DNA of 35,046 nt from an uncultured Candidatus Saccharibacteria bacterium (GTDB taxonomy: Bacteria > Patescibacteriota > WWE3 > UBA101185 > UBA10185): the NCBI GenBank assembly GCA_964532965.1, contig CAZHJE010000004.1, forward strand, positions 1 through 35,046, given 5' to 3'. The position numbers were made by a program, and so were the translations under genes. The notes beneath the pieces were generated by a model. It ran no database searches, was not told where the DNA came from, and saw only the letters and a list, made by a program, of their open reading frames with translations. Below, piece by piece: positions 25,953 through 35,046 of the stretch. The number at the start of each line of letters is the position of its first letter. Within the stretch, counting starts at the first letter, position 1.

Positions 25953-27320
25953 ATGCGAACATTATTTGTAACCTCGGAGTGTGCTTCGTTCAAAAAGTTT
26001 GGTGGCCTAGGTGATTATTCTTATTCATTGCCAGTCGCGTTAAATAAGTTAGGTATTGAGGTTGATGTGATTTTACCTTATTATTCTGATATAGTTGTTA
26101 CGCGCTCTAATGTTTATAAGCTTTCTGATCTCGTGATTCCTTACAAAAACTCATCACATACAGTTTCTTTTTTTAAAACCAAATTTCCAAATTCTGATAT
26201 ATCTGTCGTCTTGGTTAAAATACCAGTTGATTTTGGTGCTGCTGATTTTTTGAATAGCATTGAGTACTATGTTTTTTTTAATGTTTGTGTTGTTGAGTAT
26301 ATAAAATCGCAATACAATATTTATGATTTAATTCACTTAAATGATTGGCATACTGGATTTATTCCGCATTTGCTTGAAGAAATAGGTACAGAAAAACCCA
26401 AGACAATATTTACTATTCATAATTTGGCATATCAGGGTATTCAAAAACCAGACGTTATGAAAGACCTCGGGTTAGTGCCTGGGCAACATAGTTTGCTGGA
26501 CTGGGACATGAAAGATGGTGACATAAACATGATATTTCAAGGCATAACATCAAGTGATTATGTAGTTACTGTTTCTCCAAGTTATGCTCAAGAATTATCC
26601 ACAAAAGAATTTGGCGGTGAGTTTGCCGATTATATAAGAGAACGGGGCGCAAGATTTAAAGGAATTCTCAATGGCATTGATTATACGACATTACCTAGAT
26701 CATATAATTTGCTAGATTGGAAAGAAGGTAAAGCAGAAAACAAAAAAGTCTTACGAAAGAAACTGAAACTAGATGAAACATCCCGCCCCATATTTTCATT
26801 TATATCTCGTTTGGATCCTGGTCAAAAAGGTTTAGATGTTTTATATCCTAATATTTCATATATTGTTGGAAATGGTGGTCAGTTTATATTGCTTGGTACA
26901 GGAGATCCTGTTTGGGAAGAAAAATTTCAAAAATTAGGCACAAATGAAAATATATCTATAAATATTAAATTTGATAACGAGCTTGCAAATTTAATCTATG
27001 CGGGATCAGACTTTTTTATGGTACCGTCTAAGTATGAACCTTGTGGTTTAACTCAAATGATGTCGATGTGGTATGGCACTTTACCAATTGTACACGCGGT
27101 CGGGGGCTTAAAAGATACTGTATTTAATCATGTAAATGGTTTTACTTTTGACGATTATACTAAGGAATCTTTGCAACGTACAATAGAAGTAGCCTTTGAA
27201 ACATACTCTGATTCTAACTTATATGCGCAAATGGTGACAAATGCTATGCAGCACGATTATAGTTGGGATAAAAGTGCTTTAGTTTACAAAAATTTATATG
27301 AGGAAATAGTTTATGGGTAA
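25953..27320 (+). CDS. glgA: glycogen/starch synthase GT5 (paralog 2, canonical KXGGL)
   Basis: LFVTSECASFKKFGGLGDY, HLNDWHTG and PSKYEPCGLTQMMSMWYG. Confidence 0.88.
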   Translation: MRTLFVTSECASFKKFGGLGDYSYSLPVALNKLGIEVDVILPYYSDIVVTRSNVYKLSDLVIPYKNSSHTVSFFKTKFPNSDISVVLVKIPVDFGAADFLNSIEYYVFFNVCVVEYIKSQYNIYDLIHLNDWHTGFIPHLLEEIGTEKPKTIFTIHNLAYQGIQKPDVMKDLGLVPGQHSLLDWDMKDGDINMIFQGITSSDYVVTVSPSYAQELSTKEFGGEFADYIRERGARFKGILNGIDYTTLPRSYNLLDWKEGKAENKKVLRKKLKLDETSRPIFSFISRLDPGQKGLDVLYPNISYIVGNGGQFILLGTGDPVWEEKFQKLGTNENISINIKFDNELANLIYAGSDFFMVPSKYEPCGLTQMMSMWYGTLPIVHAVGGLKDTVFNHVNGFTFDDYTKESLQRTIEVAFETYSDSNLYAQMVTNAMQHDYSWDKSALVYKNLYEEIVYG

Positions 27321-28233
27321 ATTAATATTTGATCCTTTAACAGGTGATCCAACAATTTTAGCAACAAACCGAGCTAAAAGGGTAGATCAAACCGGGGCAG
27401 TTACAGTTACCCCTAAAAAAGATGTCAAAAAGGCTATTACAGATAATCTAGATCGATTTGCAAAAGGGAATGAACACTTGACACCACCTACAGTATATCA
27501 AGATTGTGATGACTGGAATGTAAGAGTATTTAATAATAAATATCCCTTACTCGATGATCATGAAATAATTGTACATTCTCCTTATATTGATAAGGACATA
27601 GAAGATTTGCCCGCAGCCCACAATGAAAAGATTATTAGAGCGTTTTTAAATAGAGTAGAATATTATTCCTCTAAAGATAAAGAAGTCATTATTTTTAATA
27701 ATAGGGGAGGCAGTGCCGGGGCATCAATTCTCCACCCTCATTCACAGTTAGTAGCTTCTAAAGGGTTTCCTGGTGTAATGGAGAAAGAAAAAGCAGAGGC
27801 ACTACGTTATTATAACGAGAATGGGATATCATTTTGGGAAAATGAAATCAAGGAAGAATTGGAATACGCAAGGAGAGTAGTTGTTAATTCGTCACATTAT
27901 CTTTTGTATGTGCCTCGTGCTTCTAGGTGGAGCTATGAAATGAGGTTGGTGCCCAAAAAACAGCGTGCTAATTTTGGTCAAATAGAAGAACCCGAAATAA
28001 TTGATTTGGCGGATGTTTTAAAGAAAGCTTTAAATGCTTACAACAATCTTTTTGATCGCCCTGATAGGAACTTTTGGATTCATACATCTATGCATGAGCC
28101 ATTCCATTGGCATATTGGGTTTCTTGCGCACATAAAGGTTTTTGGCGCATTAGAAATTGGATGTGGCATTTGGGTTAGCGACAAAGCCACACCTGAGGAT
28201 GCTGCCGAAGAACTTAGAGGTGCTCTCAGGTAA
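27313..28233 (+). CDS. GalT-like HIT-superfamily nucleotidyltransferase (galactose-1-phosphate uridylyltransferase family)
   Basis: N-terminal FDPLTGDPTILATNRAKR, GNE motif, and active-site HPHSQ (HxHxQ). Overlaps the glgA stop by 8 nt. Confidence 0.8.
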   Translation: MGKLIFDPLTGDPTILATNRAKRVDQTGAVTVTPKKDVKKAITDNLDRFAKGNEHLTPPTVYQDCDDWNVRVFNNKYPLLDDHEIIVHSPYIDKDIEDLPAAHNEKIIRAFLNRVEYYSSKDKEVIIFNNRGGSAGASILHPHSQLVASKGFPGVMEKEKAEALRYYNENGISFWENEIKEELEYARRVVVNSSHYLLYVPRASRWSYEMRLVPKKQRANFGQIEEPEIIDLADVLKKALNAYNNLFDRPDRNFWIHTSMHEPFHWHIGFLAHIKVFGALEIGCGIWVSDKATPEDAAEELRGALR

Positions 28234-28263
28234 ATACAACGCAGTAATTTTTAGTTTTAATTT

Positions 28264-28290
28264 AAAACTACTTACGTTAGTTAAAAGTTG
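28264..28290 (+). repeat. intergenic motif, degenerate copy C: AAAACTACTTACGTTAGTTAAAAGTTG
   Basis: Shares AAAACTAC-YT-RCGTTAG...AGTTG with copy A, and like A lies about 30 nt after a stop codon. Confidence 0.55.
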
Positions 28291-28301
28291 CTGTTTAAAA
28301 A

Positions 28302-28329
28302 GAAAAACCCCTATTAAGGGGTTTTTTTT
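28302..28329. terminator. bidirectional intrinsic terminator between the convergent GalT-like and rplL genes
   Basis: A-tract, stem ACCCCT/AGGGGT with loop ATTA, then T8 (GAAAAACCCCTATTAAGGGGTTTTTTTT). Confidence 0.8.
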
Positions 28330-28356
28330 GTCTCAAATCAAAATGATATTATGGTG

Positions 28357-28767
28357 TTATTTCAATTCAACTTTAGCACCTGCTGCTTCGAGTTTTTCTT
28401 TTGCTGCTTTAGCATCGTCTTTTTTAGCACCTTCTAATATTGGTTTTGGTGCTGCTTCTACTAAATTTTTTGCGTCAACAAGTCCTAGTGATTGATTTAA
28501 CTCTCTAACAACTTTAATAACAGCTATTTTGTTGCTTCCGGCCTCCGCGAGTATGACATCAAACTCAGTTTGTTCTTCATCAGCTTCTCCTCCTGCTTGT
28601 GCCCCTCCGTTTGTTGCAACCGCACCCATCATAACTGGCGCCTGAGCACTTACCCCAAATTTTTCTTCGAGTGCTTTTACTAAGTCATTTAGTTCAATAA
28701 CCGTCATTTTTTCGACTATTTCCATTACTTTCTTTGCATTTTCTGATAATTTTATTTCTTCTGCCAT
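28357..28767 (-). CDS. rplL: 50S ribosomal protein L7/L12
   Basis: Typical N-terminal dimerisation helix, Ala/Gly hinge and C-terminal domain ([25 protein letters not shown]). Good SD (AGGGGGTGG). Confidence 0.95.
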   Translation of the reverse strand: MAEEIKLSENAKKVMEIVEKMTVIELNDLVKALEEKFGVSAQAPVMMGAVATNGGAQAGGEADEEQTEFDVILAEAGSNKIAVIKVVRELNQSLGLVDAKNLVEAAPKPILEGAKKDDAKAAKEKLEAAGAKVELK

Positions 28768-28769
28768 TA

Positions 28770-29312
28770 TTATTCCACCCCCTTCTTAATTGCTACTGCA
28801 TTTAGTGCATATACTAATTTTCTATTTACTCCTCCAATAACGCCAACAAACCCTGTTATAGGCATTTTCATTTGTATGAGTATTTTTGTTAATAGTTCTT
28901 CTTTTGACGGAAGAGTACTTAGTGCTTCTAGATCTTTGGCAGGTGTATATACACCATCAAACAACCCGCTTTTAACCTTTGGGAGTTCGTTTTGGTTAAT
29001 AAATTTGAACAATGATTTAATATCTGTTAAGGTGTCTTCGTATGAAAATATAGCTACAGTAGAACCCTTTAAATCTTTTTCAAAATTGCTTGTTTCAATG
29101 GCATTTTTTGCCATAGCTACTTTTAAAAGGGTATTTTTTGCTATTTGTGCTTCTGATTTCGTTTCTTGCAGTTGCCCTCTTAGTACATTCATTTGGTTTG
29201 CACTTAAGCCTTTATAATCAGCAAATACCACAGCTTTAGCTTTTTTGAACTTTTCGCTTAAGGAACCTACAAGGTCTTTTTTATCTTTTCTTATTTTAGT
29301 TACTTGTACCAT
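28770..29312 (-). CDS. rplJ: 50S ribosomal protein L10
   Basis: L10-like sequence ([22 protein letters not shown]) immediately upstream of rplL. Confidence 0.92.
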   Translation of the reverse strand: MVQVTKIRKDKKDLVGSLSEKFKKAKAVVFADYKGLSANQMNVLRGQLQETKSEAQIAKNTLLKVAMAKNAIETSNFEKDLKGSTVAIFSYEDTLTDIKSLFKFINQNELPKVKSGLFDGVYTPAKDLEALSTLPSKEELLTKILIQMKMPITGFVGVIGGVNRKLVYALNAVAIKKGVE

Positions 29313-29447
29313 ATTTATTTGTTATTGCCGGGATAAAGACTAATAATAACAAGATTTTAAATCTTGTTTTAGTATAGTTTTGCCTCGGCAAGATTATTAA
29401 GTTTATACTTTAAACCCTTGCTGTCTTTGGTCTGAACCAGCTTACAA
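29313..29447 (-). promoter_or_regulatory. structured rplJ 5' leader (possible L10-leader-type autoregulatory element)
   Basis: A 135-nt gap with an 8-bp hairpin (29348-29355/29361-29368). A competing CAAGAT copy at 29390-29395 can pair with the same ATCTTG segment. A 5-bp triloop hairpin lies at 29380-29392. Confidence 0.35.
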
Positions 29448-31658
29448 CTATTGAGTTTGATTGTCAATACTTGTACCATTTGTAGATGGTAATTCTTCGG
29501 CTGTAAGCTGTGTACCACTATTTGTTATATCACTAGCTTTTGCCGCCTGTTCTAATTGTTCGGCAGTGAGTTGTGTATTTTGTTCATGCAGTAAGTTTGA
29601 TATTTCTTCTAGTTCTTTAATTACGATGTTGTAATCAGGTGAATTTACCGGAACCAGTGATTTAGCTATTTCTAATTCGGTTTGAGCCAGTGAGTAATTA
29701 TTCAACAATTTTAGTACTGTAGCATAGTTATAGTGGGCCGTAGCATAGTCTTGTTTCAGTGTGATAGCTTGTCTATATGCCTGTGCTGCTTCGTCGTACT
29801 TTTGTTGTTTTAAATATGTATTACCAAGTTGCAACCTTAATAATGGATTAATGGGGTCAAGCGATATTGCATTTGCATAGGATTCTAGAGCTTTTTCTTC
29901 TACATTTTGTACAATTCCAATCAAACTGTTGTATATATTTGCTCGGGTTTCCCAATTTTTAACATCATATCTATTAATACTTTCTGTTGAAATAATAGTT
30001 TGTCTCACAGCCTGTACTATTAAAGTTGTAGCTAAGTCTTGTATTTGTTTTTTTTCTTGATCCCCCATGTTTTCAGTGATTTGACTTAAATATATTTTTG
30101 AAAGTGCTACATTTGTTTGTGCATACGAATTTCTATATTCTGTTCGTTTTGTATTATACTTTATGGCTAATTTTTGTAATTCGTAAGCTTGTTCCAATCT
30201 GTTCTCTGTAATAGCGACGAAAGCTTTTCGCATGTAGTATTCTGCCCTATATATGTTTGTTGTGAGTATTAGCCCCATTACCAAAACAGGTAAAACTACA
30301 ATACTAAGTGTGTATGCTATGAAGTTAGTATGCTTAGTCTCTATCAACGTTCCAAGTGTCCCTGAAAAAACTCCGAGTTCTACAATGTTTTCTTTGTTAA
30401 TATGTGTTATTAATAGTATGATTGTGGTTATAAATACAAGCTGTATTGATGCAGTAGTGAATAGGTATGATATTAAAACTAAAAGCATTAGCAATCCTGC
30501 TAGTTGATCGATTGTGAGCTGTTCTGCTCCTTTACTGACAACAATCTTATTTCCTGTTTTAGATAGAAGTTTAAAATATGCCAAACTAATAACCAAAAAC
30601 CCGACTATACCTAAATTTGCAAGAACATTTAATGCCTCGTTGTAAGGTTTGTCAAAGTTAACCGCCCAAAACTCACTTTGATTAAGTGCGAGGGGTTTGT
30701 AATTACTAAATGCATATAAAAATGTAGAAGGTCCTGTGCCCAGAAAGGGGTAATCTCTTGCTGTTGTGCTTGCCACTATCCAAGACATATCAAATGGCAA
30801 TTTAATTTCTTTTGAAAATTCGTTATTTAAAATAAATTGGTTTGTTAAGTTAGTTTTTGTAAATATAAAGAATATTGCAGTTGCTGCTGCTAATATAACA
30901 AGAAAAATATTTGCTTTTTGTTTATTGATGACTTTGTCTATGAGGAAGTAAAGTAAAAAACCTGAAAATAGAACAACAGTGCCTGCAATGTTGCCGTATA
31001 CTATAATTACATATATGTTCAATAATGTTCCTAAGACGACAAGAAATTTATATATTACTGCTTTGTTCTGTGTTATAAGCCAAAAACCGATCATACTTCC
31101 AATTGCAGCCAAAACCGTGAGCGTAGTTTGTGAACCAGTGGTATTAAATTCTACATAGTTAAAATACGTAACATTTTTGAGAATCAAGGTTATGAAATTG
31201 TTGTAACTCAATGCCGCGATAAAGCTTGCTAGGGTAATACTTGAAAAAAAAGTTTTTAATATGCTTTCTTTGAATTTGCTTTCTGCAAACAATGCCCCTG
31301 AAATGTAAAAGAAAATAACAAATATTAGCACTATAAATAAACCAGGGAACCATCTTTGATATTGTCCAAAAATTGAGACGTGTTTATTGATAGAAAATAA
31401 TGTAGATAAAACCAGTATGATAAGTGAGGCGTTTAGATATATGTTAAGTTGGGATTTCACTGTGAAAATTATTTTTGTATCATAAGTTCTTATTGTCCAT
31501 AAAATTAATATCAAAAAAGTGGCAATTGTAATTAATATCAGCTTATTAAACTCAAAAAATTCTGTCGTTATTGGTAAAAAAAATAGTGGGACTAAAAATA
31601 CTAAACTTAAAATTATTTTTGAATTTATTTTGTCAATTTGAGCAGAAAAATTTTTCAT
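29448..31658 (-). CDS. O-antigen ligase/polymerase (Wzy_C)-like polytopic membrane protein with C-terminal TPR repeats
   Basis: More than 10 TM helices, a Wzy_C-like loop (DYPFLGTGPSTFLYAF), and a C-terminal region of about 250 aa of TPR-like repeats (AISLDPINPLLRLQLGNTYLKQQKYDEAAQAYRQAITLKQDY...). Confidence 0.78.
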   Translation of the reverse strand: MKNFSAQIDKINSKIILSLVFLVPLFFLPITTEFFEFNKLILITIATFLILILWTIRTYDTKIIFTVKSQLNIYLNASLIILVLSTLFSINKHVSIFGQYQRWFPGLFIVLIFVIFFYISGALFAESKFKESILKTFFSSITLASFIAALSYNNFITLILKNVTYFNYVEFNTTGSQTTLTVLAAIGSMIGFWLITQNKAVIYKFLVVLGTLLNIYVIIVYGNIAGTVVLFSGFLLYFLIDKVINKQKANIFLVILAAATAIFFIFTKTNLTNQFILNNEFSKEIKLPFDMSWIVASTTARDYPFLGTGPSTFLYAFSNYKPLALNQSEFWAVNFDKPYNEALNVLANLGIVGFLVISLAYFKLLSKTGNKIVVSKGAEQLTIDQLAGLLMLLVLISYLFTTASIQLVFITTIILLITHINKENIVELGVFSGTLGTLIETKHTNFIAYTLSIVVLPVLVMGLILTTNIYRAEYYMRKAFVAITENRLEQAYELQKLAIKYNTKRTEYRNSYAQTNVALSKIYLSQITENMGDQEKKQIQDLATTLIVQAVRQTIISTESINRYDVKNWETRANIYNSLIGIVQNVEEKALESYANAISLDPINPLLRLQLGNTYLKQQKYDEAAQAYRQAITLKQDYATAHYNYATVLKLLNNYSLAQTELEIAKSLVPVNSPDYNIVIKELEEISNLLHEQNTQLTAEQLEQAAKASDITNSGTQLTAEELPSTNGTSIDNQTQ

Positions 31659-31735
31659 AATGCTTAAAGACTATCTCCTTTGTATATCTGTTGTCAAGAG
31701 TTTATCAAAGGTATTTATATCAGCGTTTGGTAGAG

Positions 31736-34700
31736 TTATTCGGTTTCTACAATAAACCAGTTAAATTTGATTTCTGTGTCATGCTCATTTTCTATAGAGA
31801 TTTCGAAGTATTCTTCATCTTTTATCTCACTAATATATAGATTGTCACCATTAGTCTTAGTAGTTGGAGTAATCATTATTACAGATGAACTTTTCACATT
31901 TTTACTATCTATTTTTACAGACGTTTCTCCACTTTTAATCTCAGCTGTACCTATGGTATTTACATCTCTAATTGTTAATCTATTTGTTGTGATTTTATCT
32001 AGCTCGATACTTCCATCAGGTTTCAATACAATTTGCGTATCAAATATGTCAATATTTCCCGTTTTATTTTTTTGAATGTATAAAGCTTGGTTATTGCACA
32101 ACGTGTTGTCAAGTTTTCCTGAGTCATTTACACAGCTGGGACCTAGTACATCAATGCTGTTTTCTAAAGAATCTATTGTTACAAAGCCAACATTTAGAGA
32201 TTTAGTAACTGTAATATCACTTACAGTGCTGGCACCAAGAATGTTCAAATCTTTGTTTATTGCTAAACTGTAGGTATCGTCATTATTATTTTGTATACTA
32301 ATCCCTATATTTTCTAATTCTTGCATTACTTGTGAAAGTTCTATGTCTTCTGATGCAGGTATAATATCTTCTTCAAGCGGAGCATCTTGTATTATTGCGC
32401 TCTGATCTATTTTATCCATTTTTTTCTGAAGAGATGCTATTTCCTCATTTAGAGTTTCTATGTTATCGCTTATTGTATTTAATACATCTTCTACATTAAT
32501 GTCATTTATAATTAATTCTTGTGTCTTTAGTAACCCCACTGTTGTATTTGCAGCATATAAATTGTCAAAACCTCCGTTTAGGTTTACGATCTCTTTGGTT
32601 TCCGTGTTCAAATTAACATAATTATCATTTTCATCTATATTAATTGCAAATGTAGAGTTGGTAGTATTTTTTTCTTCAGGTTTTTGCCACGACGGATTAA
32701 GATATACAATTATTGTTTCAACCTTTTCTTTGTCATCATTTGTGTAGCTTGTTAAGGCTTTACCTATGACATTCCCTTCTTTTGTAGCCTTCATACCGAT
32801 ACCTGGTGTAGAAGATGCTGTTATATAGTCTCCTGGTTCAATATTTCCGTTTTCGGTCGTAACTTTAACAGGTACTCTACCTACAAGCGCTATTTTTAAT
32901 GAACTGTCTCCAATTTTTGATCCCATAACTTCGTATGGTGAAGTGGAGACTATGCCTAACATTTTATCATCGTATGCTTTGGTGCTTCGACCAACAAGAC
33001 CAGATTTATGTATAGAAATTATTTCGCCTTTATCGGGTAATCCTCCATCTTTGTTTGTTTCATACCACTCTGCTAAATCCGCATTCTGGAAGGCAGTTGG
33101 AACCTCTTGTGATTCTTCTTGCTCCAATTTTCTTTGACTTAGTACACTGTTTCTGTGAGAAATGTATGTATCTAATGTTTGATAATAGTTTGGATCCTTA
33201 AATACTAATTTACCATTCTCAACAATAAATGTGTTAAGGACTAGCGATGACGATTGTAACCCAAAATGATCGGCAAATATTATTAAAGCCCAGGCCCTTC
33301 CTGCAAGTTTATATCTATCCGATATACTGTTTAAATCGTCCAGTGTATTTATGTTTTGAAGCCACCCTCTTTTATTAACAATGTATTTTCTAAGTTCTGA
33401 AATTGTTTCTTCTTTATCTTCTTGCGGTATTGAATTGTACATCTGTTTCAATTGCTCTATTGTTGGGAAGTCTACTGACATTGTTTCCAAATCTGGTTCC
33501 CATGGGTTGTTACCTATGGGGTCCGGATTCTCTGGATACTCAAATTGGTTCACAGGGTCTTCAGCCTGCCATACTGTTGCTATATTACCATTTGGTCTTG
33601 TTGCAACCCACATTACAGGACGATCCGAAGCCGTTATATAGGACCACCCAAGCCAATAGGTACCACCGCTACAACTACCAGCTGAGTACACTGCAAAAGA
33701 GCCTTGTGTATTACTGTTTGCAGAGTATGCATTGCTACTTGTTATAATGCTTTTTGTTGTTGCACAAGAATCTTGCTCGAGGTCGGGGAAAAATGAATAG
33801 TCCCCCATCTGAACAGGTGAATTTGACTCAGATGCTAACTGCCCCGTGGCGGTTTTTAACTCTCCTTGTCCGATTGCGTCATCTGCGATGTCGTCTTGTG
33901 CCACTGTGTTTGCTGCAATTTCAGAAGACCCTATTGCATTAGCAGCTATAGTTGTGGCAAAAGAGCCAGTACCAGAACCAGTGACATCACCAGTTAGAGT
34001 AATTGTTTGGTCACCGGTGTTAGTACCCGATAAGTTAGAGAATGAGGCAGCGCCATCGCAAGTTAATGCACCAGAAGTTGTTATGGTACAACCTGTAGAT
34101 CCTGCACCACCGGCGAAGGTAATACTACCAGTTGAGGTACCATTTAGGTTTAAGCTATCAGAACCTTTTGAATCTATAGCTAGTGCGATATCAGTATCAC
34201 CTCCAGTAGCGGCAAGAGAGACAGTACCTCCAGTTGCGGCATTAGCAAGAGTTAGTTCATTAACAGCAGAGGTAACAGTATCTAGAATTAAGAGTTCATT
34301 ACCATTAGCATCAGCTATGAAACCAAGGTCAGCTATTTTAGGAGCAGTTAAAGTTTTATTAGATAGAGTTTCAGAACCTGCAAGTGTAGCGAGAGTACCT
34401 GTAGTAGGTAGAGTTACATTAGTATCTCCAGTAGTTGTTAGGGTTAAGGAGTTAGCACCAGAAGTTATGAAGTTACCAGCAAGAGTTAAAGTTTGACCTT
34501 GGATAGAGGTTAGGTTAGCTAATGTATCAATTGCAGCCTCGATTGTATTTTCTGATGTTGCATCTAGAGCGTCAAGTCCATTTAGTGTACCAGTTCCAGC
34601 CAAGTTAATTGTTGTGATGGAGTCTACTGTAGATTCTAATGCTATAGACTCACCTGAGCAATCAATATCAGTACCTTCAACTTCAGAGCAATCAAAACTT

Positions 34701-35046
34701 GCAGTTAATGTACCTGCAGCTTGTGCAGTAGTTATACCGGTACCGCCAGAGAATGTACCAGTGGCAGTAGATGTTATATTCGTTGTATTTGTGCCATCGG
34801 ACAATGTCCAATACTGATAGTTATCAGAAGAAGGGATATCAGATGTTAGTGCAATAGTACCGGTAGCATCAGGTAATGTATATGTTCTATTAGCACCTAA
34901 ATCACCAACATCTAAAGTGCCATAATATGTACCACCGGTAGATTCTAGTATAGATAGTTGAGAGTCAGCATTAGCAAGTACTATGTCAAAAGCACCAGAT
35001 TGAGACCAATCAGAAGTTAGTGCACCTAATGCGATATCATTAGCAT
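31736..35046 (-). CDS. giant repetitive Thr/Gly/Ala-rich surface (tail-fibre-like/adhesin-like) protein, N-terminus outside the window
   Basis: Translating by hand upstream of the tabulated TTG (34804) shows the reverse-strand frame stays open to the window edge. The protein is therefore longer than 1100 aa. Confidence 0.8.
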   Translation of the reverse strand, partial: ANDIALGALTSDWSQSGAFDIVLANADSQLSILESTGGTYYGTLDVGDLGANRTYTLPDATGTIALTSDIPSSDNYQYWTLSDGTNTTNITSTATGTFSGGTGITTAQAAGTLTASFDCSEVEGTDIDCSGESIALESTVDSITTINLAGTGTLNGLDALDATSENTIEAAIDTLANLTSIQGQTLTLAGNFITSGANSLTLTTTGDTNVTLPTTGTLATLAGSETLSNKTLTAPKIADLGFIADANGNELLILDTVTSAVNELTLANAATGGTVSLAATGGDTDIALAIDSKGSDSLNLNGTSTGSITFAGGAGSTGCTITTSGALTCDGAASFSNLSGTNTGDQTITLTGDVTGSGTGSFATTIAANAIGSSEIAANTVAQDDIADDAIGQGELKTATGQLASESNSPVQMGDYSFFPDLEQDSCATTKSIITSSNAYSANSNTQGSFAVYSAGSCSGGTYWLGWSYITASDRPVMWVATRPNGNIATVWQAEDPVNQFEYPENPDPIGNNPWEPDLETMSVDFPTIEQLKQMYNSIPQEDKEETISELRKYIVNKRGWLQNINTLDDLNSISDRYKLAGRAWALIIFADHFGLQSSSLVLNTFIVENGKLVFKDPNYYQTLDTYISHRNSVLSQRKLEQEESQEVPTAFQNADLAEWYETNKDGGLPDKGEIISIHKSGLVGRSTKAYDDKMLGIVSTSPYEVMGSKIGDSSLKIALVGRVPVKVTTENGNIEPGDYITASSTPGIGMKATKEGNVIGKALTSYTNDDKEKVETIIVYLNPSWQKPEEKNTTNSTFAINIDENDNYVNLNTETKEIVNLNGGFDNLYAANTTVGLLKTQELIINDINVEDVLNTISDNIETLNEEIASLQKKMDKIDQSAIIQDAPLEEDIIPASEDIELSQVMQELENIGISIQNNNDDTYSLAINKDLNILGASTVSDITVTKSLNVGFVTIDSLENSIDVLGPSCVNDSGKLDNTLCNNQALYIQKNKTGNIDIFDTQIVLKPDGSIELDKITTNRLTIRDVNTIGTAEIKSGETSVKIDSKNVKSSSVIMITPTTKTNGDNLYISEIKDEEYFEISIENEHDTEIKFNWFIVETE

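Noticed and set aside
33846-34496. A 216-aa + strand ORF, plus several other ORFs (31767-32075, 32076-32273, 32943-33137, 33381-33747, 33754-33942, 34614-34817), lie antisense to the giant surface-protein gene.
   Set aside because: They sit entirely within a much longer ORF on the opposite strand that has coherent domain structure. Their low-complexity P/V/A-rich translations are typical of antisense frames.
1-35046. I searched for a defence island, toxin-antitoxin pair, DGR, prophage or transposon.
   Set aside because: I found no reverse transcriptase, integrase, transposase, nuclease/helicase/ATPase defence-type gene, terminal inverted repeats or CRISPR periodicity. The only phage-like element is the domain resemblance in the giant surface protein.

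Overview
This is a low-GC (about one-third G+C), tightly packed bacterial window using the standard code, with TGA as a stop at 13670-13672 and 24352-24354. Its gene content suggests a small-genome, Gram-positive-like lineage, probably Patescibacteria/CPR; that assignment is inference. About 32 real CDSs are present. Housekeeping genes are rho, obg, argS, ndk and rplJ-rplL. DNA-uptake genes are comEA and a comEC split into two ORFs. Cell-envelope genes are two sortases, one LPETG substrate, a LysM/M23 peptidase, GT4 and GT26 glycosyltransferases, an O-antigen-ligase/TPR protein, two TM-anchored beta-propeller proteins and a giant repetitive surface protein running off the 3' edge. An alpha-glucan cluster reads glgA, GH57, GH57, glgA, GalT-like HIT enzyme. 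Three tRNAs are present (Ala-GGC, Ser-UGA, Arg-CCU), all with encoded CCA. I see no CRISPR array, transposase, integrase, reverse transcriptase or recognisable defence genes. The features not explained by ordinary annotation are mostly non-coding. Three near-consensus sigma70-type promoters are each followed directly by a structured RNA element. The most elaborate is a pseudoknot-capable RNA upstream of the second sortase. Another is an 88-nt hairpin plus U7 upstream of the GH57 operon. A conserved intergenic sequence motif occurs at least four times. comEC is split exactly at an A7 run. The GalT-like enzyme in the glucan operon appears to have lost its zinc ligands. All product calls rest on motif recognition by eye; no database search was possible.
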